Positions 8,403 through 18,673 of a stretch of 48,887 nucleotides of DNA are shown piece after piece. A program made the translations under genes and the position numbers. Location: the sequence record SRR16203515_707; one strand, written 5' to 3'. The notes under the pieces are model-generated. The model searched no databases and was not told the DNA's origin. It worked only from the letters and a program-made list of their open reading frames with translations. How positions within the stretch are numbered: the stretch's first letter is position 1; each line of letters starts with the position of its first letter.

Positions 8403-9029
8403 ATGACCCCCATTCTGCGTCCGGCGATCCGGGCCGATCTCGATGCTCTGGTAGAGCTCGAGGAAGTCAGTTTCGATAGCGACTGGTTCAGTCGTCGTCA
8501 GCTGTCCCATCTGATTCTGCGTGCCAATGCACGCACCCTCGTCATCATCCAGCCAGAAGGCGATGGCCCGGACGCCCTGCCGGCGGCAGGCAATGCGATG
8601 GCCGCACTGTGGCCAGCGGGCAGCGTGGCGCAGGATGACGCCACCCCGCTGCGCAGCGTGCTGGGCTATGGCACCGTGCTGTTCCGACGCAATTCACGCC
8701 GGGCACGACTCTATTCCTTCTGTCTGCATCCCGAGGCGCGCGGACGCGGTCTCGCCCAGCGTCTGCTCATCGCGCTCGAGCAGCTGGCCATCGAGCAGGG
8801 CTGTGAGCAGTTCGATCTGGAAGTGCATACCGGCAACGGTGCAGCGATCACCCTCTATGAGCGCCACGGCTTTGCCAGGAATGGTCGCCTGCGCGATTAC
8901 TACGCCGACGGCGCGGCGGCCTGGAAGATGCGCAAGTCACTGGTGATTCCCTCGTCAAACTCGCCCGCCAGCAGCAGCGACGTCAGGGCTGAGGGGATCT
9001 CGACGTGGGGAGATGCGGGCGCTGCCTGA
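8403..9029 (+). CDS. GNAT N-acetyltransferase (RimI-like)
   Basis: LRPA...DL..L..LE..SF, motif A ARGRGLA, LEV...N..AI.LYE..GF, YYADG. Confidence 0.88.
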   Translation: MTPILRPAIRADLDALVELEEVSFDSDWFSRRQLSHLILRANARTLVIIQPEGDGPDALPAAGNAMAALWPAGSVAQDDATPLRSVLGYGTVLFRRNSRRARLYSFCLHPEARGRGLAQRLLIALEQLAIEQGCEQFDLEVHTGNGAAITLYERHGFARNGRLRDYYADGAAAWKMRKSLVIPSSNSPASSSDVRAEGISTWGDAGAA

Positions 9030-9107
9030 CGGCCGGGCATGGCGCGCGTCGCCCCCATGGGCTAGGATGCGCTGTTTATTCTTCATGGCTTCAAAGGAAT
9101 CGCTCCC

Positions 9108-9596
9108 ATGCCGTCATTCGATATTGTCTCCGAACTCGACAAGCACGAAGTTCAGAACGCCGTCGATCAGGCCAATCGCGAACTTGCGACACGCTTTGAT
9201 TTCAAGGGCGTGACTGCCGGCTTCGAACTCGAGAAGGAAGAGATCGTCAATCTGGAAGCCGACGCCGATTTCCAGCTGCGTCAGATGATCGAGCTGCTCA
9301 AGGGTCGCTTGATCGCGCGTGGCATCGACGTGCGTTGCCTGGAAGAGAAGGACGCCGACACCGGCGGTGTGCGTGCCCGCCAGCAGCTGGTGCTGCGTCA
9401 GGGGCTGGACCAGCCGACCGCCAAGAAGATCGTCAAGGCGCTCAAGGATGCCAAGCTCAAGGTCCAGGCCCAGATCCAGGGTGAGAAGGTGCGCGTCACC
9501 GGCAAGAAGCGTGATGATCTCCAGGGGGCCATGGCCTTGCTGAAAGGTGACGAGAGCATCGAGCTGCCGCTGCAGTTCAACAACTTCCGCGACTGA
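9108..9596 (+). CDS. yajQ: YajQ family nucleotide/c-di-GMP-binding protein
   Basis: MPSFDIVS start, RFDFKG, RVTGKKRDDLQ and LQFNNFRD end. Confidence 0.97.
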   Translation: MPSFDIVSELDKHEVQNAVDQANRELATRFDFKGVTAGFELEKEEIVNLEADADFQLRQMIELLKGRLIARGIDVRCLEEKDADTGGVRARQQLVLRQGLDQPTAKKIVKALKDAKLKVQAQIQGEKVRVTGKKRDDLQGAMALLKGDESIELPLQFNNFRD

Positions 9597-9846
9597 TCTT
9601 CCTCGCGCGCCTGGCGCTCATGTCACGGCTGACCGCTGTCAGCGGCAAATGTCGTCGACAAGTGTCAGGGGCGCCACTCTCAGCACCGTTCGCTCTCGGC
9701 GAGCGGTGCTGTGTTCGTTTGAATCGCTTTGAAAGCGTCACGTACCCGTTTCAGGCGCTGCGCTCTCAAAGCGTTTCACCATCTTCGTTCGTCATATTCG
9801 CGTGACGCTCGCCCCGGGTGGGTCGGGCTGCGCAAAGAGAGGTTAC

Positions 9847-10689
9847 ATGTCTGCTCCGCTCGCTATCGGCCAGCGCAATACCCTGACCATCACCAAGCGG
9901 GTCGGCTTCGGCGTCTTCCTCGACGGCGGTGACCGCGGTGAAATCCTGCTGCCGACTCCCTTCATTCCTGCCGGTGCCGATATCGGTGACGCGGTGGAAG
10001 TCTTCGTGAGTCTTGATGATGAAGACCGCCTGCTGGCCACCACGCGCTATCCGCGCGCCATGGTCGGTGAGTTCGCCGCCCTCAAGGTGGTCGAGGTCAA
10101 TGACATCGGCACCTTCCTCGACAATGGCCTGGGCAAGGACCTGCTGCTGCCCTACGGCGAGCGCAAGCGTGAGCTCAAGGCGGGCCAGTTCGCCATGGTG
10201 CACGTGGGGCTCGACAAGCACAGCGATCGCATGGTCGCGTCGATGCGCCTGGATCGCTGGCTGGACAAGACTCCGGCCGAGTACACCGTCGGTCAGGAAA
10301 TCTCCGGCCTGGTGGCGGCGAAGACCGAATTGGGCATGAAGATCATCATCGACAATGCCCATTGGGGGCTGGTGCACCATGATCGCATCTTCACCCGCCT
10401 GCATATCGGCAATCGTCTGCGTCTGTGGGTGCTCAAGAATGATGGCAACGGCAACATCGACCTGACCCCGCAGGCACCGGGCCCTGCAGGCCATCAACAG
10501 CTGGCGGACCGTATCCTTGCACGTCTGGAAGCCAACGCCGGGGTGCTGCCGCTGGGTGACAAGAGCGACCCCCAGGCCATCAGCGACGCCTTCGGCGCCA
10601 GCAAGGCCAACTTCAAGCGTGCCATCGGCCACCTGAAGCGCGAGGGCAAGGTGACACTGGCCCCCACCGAGACGCGCCTGGTCAAGTGA
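9847..10689 (+). CDS. CvfB-family S1-domain RNA-binding protein
   Basis: Tandem S1 repeats (FGVFLD, GTFLD.GL.KDLLLP) and C-terminal winged helix DKS.P..I...FG.SK..FK.AIG.L. Confidence 0.88.
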   Translation: MSAPLAIGQRNTLTITKRVGFGVFLDGGDRGEILLPTPFIPAGADIGDAVEVFVSLDDEDRLLATTRYPRAMVGEFAALKVVEVNDIGTFLDNGLGKDLLLPYGERKRELKAGQFAMVHVGLDKHSDRMVASMRLDRWLDKTPAEYTVGQEISGLVAAKTELGMKIIIDNAHWGLVHHDRIFTRLHIGNRLRLWVLKNDGNGNIDLTPQAPGPAGHQQLADRILARLEANAGVLPLGDKSDPQAISDAFGASKANFKRAIGHLKREGKVTLAPTETRLVK

Positions 10690-10969
10690 GGCGCCGGTGA
10701 TGCGTCGCGCATCGCCCGAGCGGCTTCTGCCGCGCCAGCATCACAAGCTTCCCGTGGGCAATTTCGCTGCCACTCGTCGGTTCTTCGGCGGGTGGCAGTT
10801 GCGTTTGTGGGCAGCGCATGGCACCAATGAGCGTCAGGACCCTGCGGACCATGAGTCGCCCTGCGTGTCCATGACGCGCCGTGCGTGCCGTGGCGTCATC
10901 CAGCGCATGCCTGATCACGCAGGAGCACCTGAGATCATCCCCACCATTGACAACAAGGATCGTCAGCCC

Positions 10970-12157
10970 ATGTCTCCCGTTTCCACTTCCTCCTCTCGTT
11001 CGGCGTTGCGTATCCTGCTGGCCCCTGACAGCTACAAGGAAGCGCTGCCTGCGCTGGAGGCTGCCGAGGCAATGGCGAGCGGCATCCGGCGCGTATTGCC
11101 CGAGGCCGAGCTCGACCTGTGCCCGTTGGGAGATGGCGGAGAGGGCACCCTGGCGGCACTGTTGGCCGCTGCAAGCGACGCAGATCCCATCGAGGCGCGC
11201 AGCGCTCAGGTACGTGATCCGCTGGGGCGTGAGGTCACTGCGCAATGGGGCTGGCAGGCGGATAGCCGCACGGCCATCGTCGAGCTCGCCGAGGCCAGTG
11301 GTCTGCACCTGCTCAGCCCCGATGAGCGTGATGCGCGCATCGCCAGTACCTACGGCGTCGGACAGCTGGTGCTTGCCGCGCTGGAGGCCGGTGCCGAGCG
11401 CTTGATCGTCACGCTGGGCGGCAGCGCGACCAACGATGGCGGCAGCGGCATGTTGCGTGCACTTGGTCTGCGCCTGCTGGATGAGGCGGGTGACGAACTG
11501 CCGGACGGAGGCGCGGCGCTGGCACGACTGGCGCGGTTGGATGCCAGTGGCCTGGACCCGCGGCTGGCGACTCTCAAGGTGTCCGCGGCGGTGGACGTCG
11601 ACAACCCGCTGTGTGGCCCGCGTGGCGCGACGGCCGTGTTCGGGCCCCAGAAGGGCGCGGATGAGGCGGTGGTCAAGGAGCTGGACGTCGCGCTGGGGCG
11701 TTTCGCGCGGATGAGTGCCGAGGTGCTGGGGGAGGACCATCAGCAGCTGCCGGGCACTGGTGCCGCAGGTGGCATGGGCTACGCAGTGGCGGCCTGGCTC
11801 ACGGGGGAGCTGCGCCCGGGCATCGAGCTTGTGATGGAACGACTGAACGTGGCCCAGCGCCTGGAAGGGTGTGACCTGCTGATCACCGGCGAGGGCGGGC
11901 TGGATGGGCAGAGTCTGGGAGGCAAGACGCCCATCGGCGCGGCGCGTGCCGCCCGAGCGGCCGGAGTGCCGGCCATCGTGCTGGCAGGGCGTCTCGCGGA
12001 TGGCTGGCAGGCTGCGCATGACGAAGGCGTCAGCGCCGTCTTCACCCTGTGTGACGCTGCCATGCCGCTGGAGCAGGCCCTGACACGCACCGCTGAACTG
12101 CTGGCGGACCGCTGTGAAGCCATCATGCGCCTCTGGCAGGTGGCGCACAGCGACTGA
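10970..12157 (+). CDS. Glycerate kinase (GlxK/GarK class I)
   Basis: APDSYKE, DGGEGT, LGGSATNDGG, FGPQKGA, GAAGG and TGEG.LD.QS..GK motifs. Confidence 0.95.
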   Translation: MSPVSTSSSRSALRILLAPDSYKEALPALEAAEAMASGIRRVLPEAELDLCPLGDGGEGTLAALLAAASDADPIEARSAQVRDPLGREVTAQWGWQADSRTAIVELAEASGLHLLSPDERDARIASTYGVGQLVLAALEAGAERLIVTLGGSATNDGGSGMLRALGLRLLDEAGDELPDGGAALARLARLDASGLDPRLATLKVSAAVDVDNPLCGPRGATAVFGPQKGADEAVVKELDVALGRFARMSAEVLGEDHQQLPGTGAAGGMGYAVAAWLTGELRPGIELVMERLNVAQRLEGCDLLITGEGGLDGQSLGGKTPIGAARAARAAGVPAIVLAGRLADGWQAAHDEGVSAVFTLCDAAMPLEQALTRTAELLADRCEAIMRLWQVAHSD

Positions 12158-12330
12158 ATGTCGCCTGCACCGCAACCCCGTTCGCCTTTCGTGTCACGGG
12201 CAAGCCCGTTACCATGCACGCAGCAGCTATGGGAAAGATAGCCAGAATGCACTTCCCTCGGGAGACATCTGGCGCTTGACTGGTAGCAGGTGGCACGCGG
12301 TGTGCGCCCGATGGTTGAGGGGACCTTGAG

Positions 12331-12801
12331 ATGATGATTTTTCGGCGCATGAAGCGGATCTGCTGGCTGGGGCTGGCCTGGCTGTTCTTCGCGATCGGGT
12401 TTGCCGGCATGTTCCTGCCCCTGTTGCCGACGACCGTCTTCATGCTGCTGGCGCTGGCCTGTGCCAGTCGCGGCTCCCCTCGCTTCGCGCGCTACATTCG
12501 CGAACACCCCCAGATCGGGCCTCCCCTGATCTCCTGGGAGCGCGAGCGTGCCATCCCGCTGCGTGCACGCATCCTGGCGGTCGGCATGCTGGTGGTCTCG
12601 ATGCTGATCATTCTCTTCACCGTTTCCGTGATGGCGGTCAAGGTCTCGTTGCTGATCTTCCTTTCCCTGTTGGCCATCTGGCTGGGCACGCGCCCCGAGC
12701 CGCGCGGGGGATACGAGGAACTCGCGCCTGCGCCTTCCCCGGCCGAGCCCTTCGATGAGCCCTCCCGACCCGTCAGCGGCGAACGCCTGCAGAACGACTA
12801 G
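12331..12801 (+). CDS. YbaN/DUF454 inner-membrane protein
   Basis: G...LPLLPTT.F.LLA...SPRF...HP..G motif; hydrophobic segments. Confidence 0.88.
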   Translation: MMIFRRMKRICWLGLAWLFFAIGFAGMFLPLLPTTVFMLLALACASRGSPRFARYIREHPQIGPPLISWERERAIPLRARILAVGMLVVSMLIILFTVSVMAVKVSLLIFLSLLAIWLGTRPEPRGGYEELAPAPSPAEPFDEPSRPVSGERLQND

Positions 12802-12928
12802 TCATTCGCGTGTCCTGCCCCTCCCGTGAGGGGCCATTCATCGCGGGCGCGGTGGCAGGCTGCCATCGCTGCCCGATGTTTTCCTGCCGTGTGGCATCGT
12901 CCGCGCGGCGTTGATCGTGGAGTCCTTC

Positions 12929-15580
12929 ATGTCACAACCTGCCGCCATTCATCTTGATGATTATCAAGCGCCGGCCTGGCGCATTCTCAGCACTCGGTTG
13001 ACGTTCGATCTGGCGCCGTCCGCGACCCGCGTGACGGCCGTGCTGACCCTCGAGGCCAATCCCGATGCCGCCGTGGGCAGTGACGCGACGCCGCCGCTGG
13101 TGCTCAATGGCGAGCACCTGACGCTGGAATCCGTGCGTGTCGATGGGCGAGCGCTCGCCAGTGATGAATACAAGGTCGACGAGACGCATCTCACCCTCGC
13201 GGCGCTGCCGGCCAGCTGTGAGCTCGAGACGGTCGTGCTGATCGACCCGGCGGCCAACACGGCACTGGAAGGGCTCTATGTGTCCTCCGGCATGTTCTGC
13301 ACCCAGTGCGAGGCCGAGGGCTTCCGCCGTATCACCTATTACCCGGATCGTCCGGACGTGATGTCGGTATTCACGACGACCGTCATCGCGGACAAGGCGA
13401 ACTACCCGATCCTGCTCTCCAACGGCAACCCCGTCGAGCGTGGCGAGCTGGACGGCGGCCGTCACTTCGTCACCTGGCAGGACCCGCACCTCAAGCCGTG
13501 CTACCTGTTCGCGCTGGTGGCGGGGGATCTGGTCAAGCATGCCGACAGCTTCACCACCATGAGCGGGCGTGATGTTGCCCTGGAGATCTGGGTCGAGCCG
13601 GAGAATCTCGACAAGACTCAGCACGCCATGAACTCTCTCAAGGCCTCCATGAAGTGGGATGAGGAGGTCTATGGGCGCGAGTATGACCTCGATATCTTCA
13701 TGATCGTTGCGGTCAATGACTTCAACATGGGTGCGATGGAGAACAAGGGTCTCAACATCTTCAACAGCGCCTGTGTGCTGGCCAATCCCGACACCACCAC
13801 CGACGCTGCCTTCCAACGCGTCGAAGGGGTGGTGGCACACGAGTACTTCCACAACTGGTCCGGCAATCGCGTCACCTGCCGTGACTGGTTCCAGCTGTCC
13901 CTGAAGGAAGGCTTCACCGTCTATCGTGACCAGACCTTCTCCGCCGACATGAATTCGGCGCCGGTCAAGCGCATCGAAGACGTCGCCATGCTGCGCACCG
14001 CGCAGTTCGCGGAAGATGCCGGTCCCACCGCGCATCCGGTGCGCCCGGCGTCCTATATCGAGATTTCCAACTTCTACACCCTGACCATCTACGAGAAGGG
14101 GTCCGAAGTGGTGCGCATGGTCGCCAACCTGCTGGGCGAAGAGGCCTTCCGCCGCGGCAGTGACCTCTACTTCGCGCGCAACGATGGCAGCGCCGCCACC
14201 ATCGAGGATTTCATCAGTGCGATGAGCGAAGCTTCCGGGCGTGACTTCACCCAGTTCATGCGCTGGTACTCTCAGGCGGGGACGCCGGAAATCAGTGCCC
14301 GTGGCAACTTCGACGCCGAGACGGGCCGCTATTCCCTGACGCTGCATCAGTCCACCCCGGCGACACCGGGGCAGGCTGAGAAGCTGCCGCTGGTGATCCC
14401 GGTACGCATGGGCCTGGTGGGTGCGGATGGCAGTGATCTGGCGCTCACGCTCGACGGCGAGGCGCTGGGCACGGAAACGGTGCTGGAGCTGACCGAGGCC
14501 GAGCAGACCTTCGTCTTCACTGGCCTCGAGGCCGGTGCCGACCCCGTGCCGTCGCTGCTGCGCGGCTTCTCGGCGCCGGTCAAGCTGTCCTTCGCCTACA
14601 GCCGTGAGCAGCTGGCCTTCCTGATGCAGCATGACAGCGATGGCTTCAACCGCTGGGATGCCGGTCAGCGTCTGGCGCTGGCAGCGCTCGAGGATCTGAT
14701 GGCTGCCTGGCAGCAGGGCGACACCCAGGCATCACTCGATGCGCGTCTGCTGGCCGCCTATCGCTTCCTGCTCCAGAGCGAGCCGTCCGATCGTGCCGTG
14801 CTGGCCGAGATGCTGACCCTGCCGTCGGAGGCCTATATCGCCGAGCAGCAGACTGTCGTCGATGTCGATGCCATCCACTGGGCGCGCAAGACCGCCAAGG
14901 CGCAACTGGCCACGGCACTGCGCGATGATTTCGTCGCGCTCTATCACGCCAATGAGCAGCAGGGCGACTACGCGCCGACCTTCGAGCAGATGGCGCGCCG
15001 CAGCCTCAAGAATGCCGCGCTCAGCTATCTGATGAGCATCGAGGACGAGGAGGGCGTGCGTCTGGCCCAGGCTCAGCTGGCTGCGGCGCACAACATGACC
15101 GACGTACGCGCGGCATTGACGTTGCTGGTGCACTCCTCGCGCACGGAGCTGGGCGATCCGGCCCTCAAGGCCTTCGCCGAGCGCTGGTCGCATGATCCGC
15201 TGGTGATGGATCAGTGGTTCTCGATCCAGGTCACGCGCCCGCAGGCCGACGTGCTGGATCGCGTGCGCTTCTTGATGGAGCACCCGGCGTTCTCGCTGAC
15301 CAACCCCAACAAGGTGCGCGCCTTGATCGGTGCCTTCGCCGGCCAGAACCGCGTCAACTTCCATCGCCTCGATGGCGAAGGCTATCGCCTGCTGGCGGAT
15401 GTGGTCATCGAACTCAATCGCCTGAATCCGGAAATCGCCGCGCGCATCATCACGCCGCTGACGCGCTATAAGCGTTTCGATGCCAAGCGTCAGGCGCTGA
15501 TGAAGGCTGAGCTCGAGCGTATCCGGGCCGAGAAGCTGTCGCGCAATCTCTACGAGGTCGTGGAAAAGGCGCTGGCCTGA
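12929..15580 (+). CDS. pepN: Aminopeptidase N (M1)
   Basis: TQCEAEGFRR, GAMENKGLN, HEYFHNWSGNRVTCRDWFQLSLKEG and NPNKVR motifs; GGAG RBS. Confidence 0.98.
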   Translation: MSQPAAIHLDDYQAPAWRILSTRLTFDLAPSATRVTAVLTLEANPDAAVGSDATPPLVLNGEHLTLESVRVDGRALASDEYKVDETHLTLAALPASCELETVVLIDPAANTALEGLYVSSGMFCTQCEAEGFRRITYYPDRPDVMSVFTTTVIADKANYPILLSNGNPVERGELDGGRHFVTWQDPHLKPCYLFALVAGDLVKHADSFTTMSGRDVALEIWVEPENLDKTQHAMNSLKASMKWDEEVYGREYDLDIFMIVAVNDFNMGAMENKGLNIFNSACVLANPDTTTDAAFQRVEGVVAHEYFHNWSGNRVTCRDWFQLSLKEGFTVYRDQTFSADMNSAPVKRIEDVAMLRTAQFAEDAGPTAHPVRPASYIEISNFYTLTIYEKGSEVVRMVANLLGEEAFRRGSDLYFARNDGSAATIEDFISAMSEASGRDFTQFMRWYSQAGTPEISARGNFDAETGRYSLTLHQSTPATPGQAEKLPLVIPVRMGLVGADGSDLALTLDGEALGTETVLELTEAEQTFVFTGLEAGADPVPSLLRGFSAPVKLSFAYSREQLAFLMQHDSDGFNRWDAGQRLALAALEDLMAAWQQGDTQASLDARLLAAYRFLLQSEPSDRAVLAEMLTLPSEAYIAEQQTVVDVDAIHWARKTAKAQLATALRDDFVALYHANEQQGDYAPTFEQMARRSLKNAALSYLMSIEDEEGVRLAQAQLAAAHNMTDVRAALTLLVHSSRTELGDPALKAFAERWSHDPLVMDQWFSIQVTRPQADVLDRVRFLMEHPAFSLTNPNKVRALIGAFAGQNRVNFHRLDGEGYRLLADVVIELNRLNPEIAARIITPLTRYKRFDAKRQALMKAELERIRAEKLSRNLYEVVEKALA

Positions 15581-15618
15581 TCCGCCTGATCACGTCCTCG
15601 CCCCGTCAGTTCGACTGA

Positions 15619-15663
15619 CATGAAAAACCCCCACCCGTCACAGACGGGTGGGGGTTTTTCATG
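15619..15663. terminator. Bidirectional intrinsic terminator between pepN and rsgA
   Basis: Perfect 21-bp inverted repeat CATGAAAAACCCCCACCCGTC-ACA-GACGGGTGGGGGTTTTTCATG between convergent genes. Confidence 0.93.
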
Positions 15664-15708
15664 GTGCTTGCGAACCAGGCCTTGAAGAGAGGCGTCAGTC
15701 GCGCACGT

Positions 15709-16719
15709 TCAGCTCTCGGTCAGTGACAGCAGGATCTTCTTGTAGCTGTCAAAGCGCACGCGGCCTATCTCGCCGCTGTCGACCGCCTGAAGCAGGGCGC
15801 AGCCCGGTTCCTTCTCGTGCTTGCAGTCACGGAAGCGGCATAGCCCCAGGTAGTCGTGGAATTCACGGAAGCCATCGGTGACCTGCTCCGGCGTCAGGTG
15901 CACCAGGCCGAATTCACGGATACCGGGTGAGTCGATCAGATCACCGCCGTCCGGCATGTGATAGAGCCAGGCCGTGGTGGTGGTGTGCATGCCCTGGCGT
16001 GATTCGGTGGAGAGCGGGCCGACACGTATCTCTTCTCGCGGCAGCAGCATGCCGACCAGTGACGACTTGCCGACGCCACTCTGACCGACGAACACCGAGG
16101 TGCGATCGCTCAGCTGTGCCTTCAGGGCGTCCAGGCCTGCCTCGCCGCGCGTGGTACAGGCGACGACGTCGTAGCCGAGTGCCTCGTAGCGTGCCAGCAG
16201 GTCACGCAGCACACCGCCACTCTCGGGCAGGAGGTCAACCTTGTTGAGCACCAGCACCGGCGTGATGCCGGTGGCTTCCGCAGCGATCAGGTAGCGGTCG
16301 ATCAGATTGGGTTGTGGCGCGGGTTCGGCGGCGAACACGATCATGATCTGGTCGATGTTGGCGGCCACCGGCTTGAGCACCCCCCGCATGTCCGGGCGTT
16401 CAAGCTCGGTAGTGCGGGCACCGCGTGCCACCACCACACCCGTGGCGTCGCTGGCTTCACGCCAGATCACGCGGTCACCGGTGACCAGCGTTTCCAGGTT
16501 GGCGCGCAGGTGGCAGCGATGCAGGCTGCCGGATTCACTTTCGACTTCCAGGCTGCGCCCGTAGTGGGCAATGACACGGCCGTGCTGTTCCGGGCCGTAT
16601 TCGCCGGCGTCGAGCTTGTCGCGGTCCTGCGTCTCGCGCTTTTCGGCGCGCTTGGTACGCTCGGCCTGGACCTTCTCGATGCGCCATTGTTGCTGGCGGC
16701 TTAGCTTGCGTTTGCTCAT
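15709..16719 (-). CDS. rsgA: Ribosome small-subunit-dependent GTPase A
   Basis: MSKRKLS start; circularly permuted NKVD...GQSGVGKSS...HTTT...DSPG; C-terminal C.FRDC.H..EPGC. Confidence 0.96.
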   Translation of the reverse strand: MSKRKLSRQQQWRIEKVQAERTKRAEKRETQDRDKLDAGEYGPEQHGRVIAHYGRSLEVESESGSLHRCHLRANLETLVTGDRVIWREASDATGVVVARGARTTELERPDMRGVLKPVAANIDQIMIVFAAEPAPQPNLIDRYLIAAEATGITPVLVLNKVDLLPESGGVLRDLLARYEALGYDVVACTTRGEAGLDALKAQLSDRTSVFVGQSGVGKSSLVGMLLPREEIRVGPLSTESRQGMHTTTTAWLYHMPDGGDLIDSPGIREFGLVHLTPEQVTDGFREFHDYLGLCRFRDCKHEKEPGCALLQAVDSGEIGRVRFDSYKKILLSLTES

Positions 16720-16902
16720 GCTTGGCTGGTGACTCCGGTCGCCGTTCGTTCGCCAGGGATGGGAGCGTCTTCCCCCCTCTGCGGCGCGATTGTACCCTTT
16801 GCGCCCTCGGGTGTCGTGCGACACCCCGGGATGGCGTGTGATACTGCCGTCACAGGCGGATCCTCAGCGTCTTCCCATTCCCCGTTCAGCAAGGAGTGAC
16901 CC

Positions 16903-17475
16903 ATGGCAAATCCCACCGCGCAGGCCGATCGACTCATCTGGATCGATCTGGAAATGACCGGGCTGGACCCCGCGCGTGAGCGCATCATCGAGGTGGCCAC
17001 GCTGGTCACCGACGGAGATCTCAACCTGATTGCCGAAGGGCCGGTGCTGGCCGTGCATCAGCCGGACAGCCTGCTGGAGGCGATGGATGAATGGAACACG
17101 CGCACCCACGGCGAATCCGGACTGGTGACGCGCGTCAAGGAAAGTCAGATCGATACCGCCGAAGCCGAACGTCAGACTCTCGAGTTCCTGGCCCGCCACG
17201 TGGCGGCAGGCGCCTCGCCGATGTGCGGCAACAGCGTGCATCAGGACCGCCGTTTCCTGCAGCATGAGATGCCGTTGCTGGAAGCGTTCTTCCATTACCG
17301 CAACATCGATGTCTCGACCCTCAAGGAACTCGCCAAGCGCTGGAATCCGGCCGCGCTGGACGGTTTCAAGAAGCGGGCGACTCACCAGGCGATGGATGAT
17401 ATCCGCGAGTCACTGGCGGAGCTTGCGCATTACCGCAAGACCTTCCTCAAGCTGACCCAGCAGGGCATCGTCTGA
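16903..17475 (+). CDS. orn: Oligoribonuclease
   Basis: [44 protein letters not shown]. Confidence 0.98.
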   Translation: MANPTAQADRLIWIDLEMTGLDPARERIIEVATLVTDGDLNLIAEGPVLAVHQPDSLLEAMDEWNTRTHGESGLVTRVKESQIDTAEAERQTLEFLARHVAAGASPMCGNSVHQDRRFLQHEMPLLEAFFHYRNIDVSTLKELAKRWNPAALDGFKKRATHQAMDDIRESLAELAHYRKTFLKLTQQGIV

Positions 17476-17494
17476 ACGACGCAGCGTGAGAGTC

Positions 17495-18673
17495 TCAGAG
17501 CGCGGTGGCCAGACGGGCGCCGCGCTTGATGGCTTGCTCCTTCAGTGCCCAGCGCACGTGCTCGCGCAGTGGCTCGCTGGGATAGGGCAGGCGGGCACGC
17601 AGGACATGCTCGACCTGCTCCGACCAGGGCGCATTGCCCAGCCCGATGGCGATGTTGGAGAGCCACTTCTCATAGCCGATACGCCGGATGGGGCTGCCTT
17701 GCGTCTTGTCGAGGAACTCCTGCTCCCCCCAGCAGAACAGCCGGATCAACTCGATGCGATCCAGATCATGGCGTGGCGAGAAATCCGCCTCCTGGGTCGC
17801 CTTGGCAAAGCGCGTGAAGGGACAGAACAGCTGGCAGTCGTCGCAGCCATAGATGCGGTTGCCCATGGCACGGCGGAATTCTTCGGGGATGGCGCCATCC
17901 AGCTCGATGGTCAGGTAGGAGATGCAGCGGCGTGCATCGACGACCTTGTCCTCGACGATGGCATCCGTCGGGCAGGCGACCTTGCAGGCGTTGCAGCTGC
18001 CACAGTGCTCCTTCTCGAAGGGGGCATCCACCGGCAGAGGCAGGTCGGTGTAGAGTTCGCCCAGGAAGAACAGGCAGCCAGCCTGCTGGTTCATCAGCAT
18101 GGCGTTCTTGCCGAACCAGCCGATACCGGCCTTCTGGGCCAGCGCGCGCTCCATGACCGGGGCGGAGTCGACGAAGGCGCGGTAGCCGAACGTGCCGACT
18201 TCCTTCTCGATCTGCTTGGCCAGGTTGGCCAGCCGCTTGCGCATCAGCTTGTGGTAATCGCGTCCCAGCGCGTAGCGTGAGACGTAGGCGCGCTCGGGCT
18301 GGCTGAGTACCTGGGTGGTCTCGACCTCGGGCGGCAGGTAGTCGAGGCGCACGCTGATGACGCGCAGCGTGCCGGGCACCAGCTCCTCCGGGCGCGTGCG
18401 CCTGGTGCCGTGCTTGGCCATGAAGTTCATCTCGCCGTGATGACCATTGGCCAGCCAACGTTCCAGGTAGGCCTCGTGTTCCGAGAGGTCGACATCGGTG
18501 ATCCCGACCTGCTGAAACCCCAGTTCGCGCCCCCATATCTTGATGCGGGCTGCCAGTTCCGCCATGGCCTGAGGGTCGGCGACGCGCGAGTCATCACCGG
18601 ATGTCTCGTCGGGAGAGCTTCCGGCTGCGTCGGCGGGCAGGGGCATGGTGGCGGATGAAGCAGGCATGGGCAT
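17495..18673 (-). CDS. queG: Epoxyqueuosine reductase
   Basis: SRYALGRDYH, VDSAPVME, CxxCxxCxxxCP, CISYLTIE, YGCDDCQ motifs; start uncertain. Confidence 0.96.
   Translation of the reverse strand: MPMPASSATMPLPADAAGSSPDETSGDDSRVADPQAMAELAARIKIWGRELGFQQVGITDVDLSEHEAYLERWLANGHHGEMNFMAKHGTRRTRPEELVPGTLRVISVRLDYLPPEVETTQVLSQPERAYVSRYALGRDYHKLMRKRLANLAKQIEKEVGTFGYRAFVDSAPVMERALAQKAGIGWFGKNAMLMNQQAGCLFFLGELYTDLPLPVDAPFEKEHCGSCNACKVACPTDAIVEDKVVDARRCISYLTIELDGAIPEEFRRAMGNRIYGCDDCQLFCPFTRFAKATQEADFSPRHDLDRIELIRLFCWGEQEFLDKTQGSPIRRIGYEKWLSNIAIGLGNAPWSEQVEHVLRARLPYPSEPLREHVRWALKEQAIKRGARLATAL

Noticed and set aside
12932-14632. 566-aa minus-strand ORF, and similar long antisense ORFs at 10682-12175, 24795-25913, 27897-29126 and 30708-32081
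   Set aside because: Each lies opposite a clearly identifiable gene and has no family signature
17476-17494. Looked for the tRNA-Gly cluster found between orn and queG in enterobacteria
   Set aside because: Only 19 bp separate the two stops; no tRNA is present
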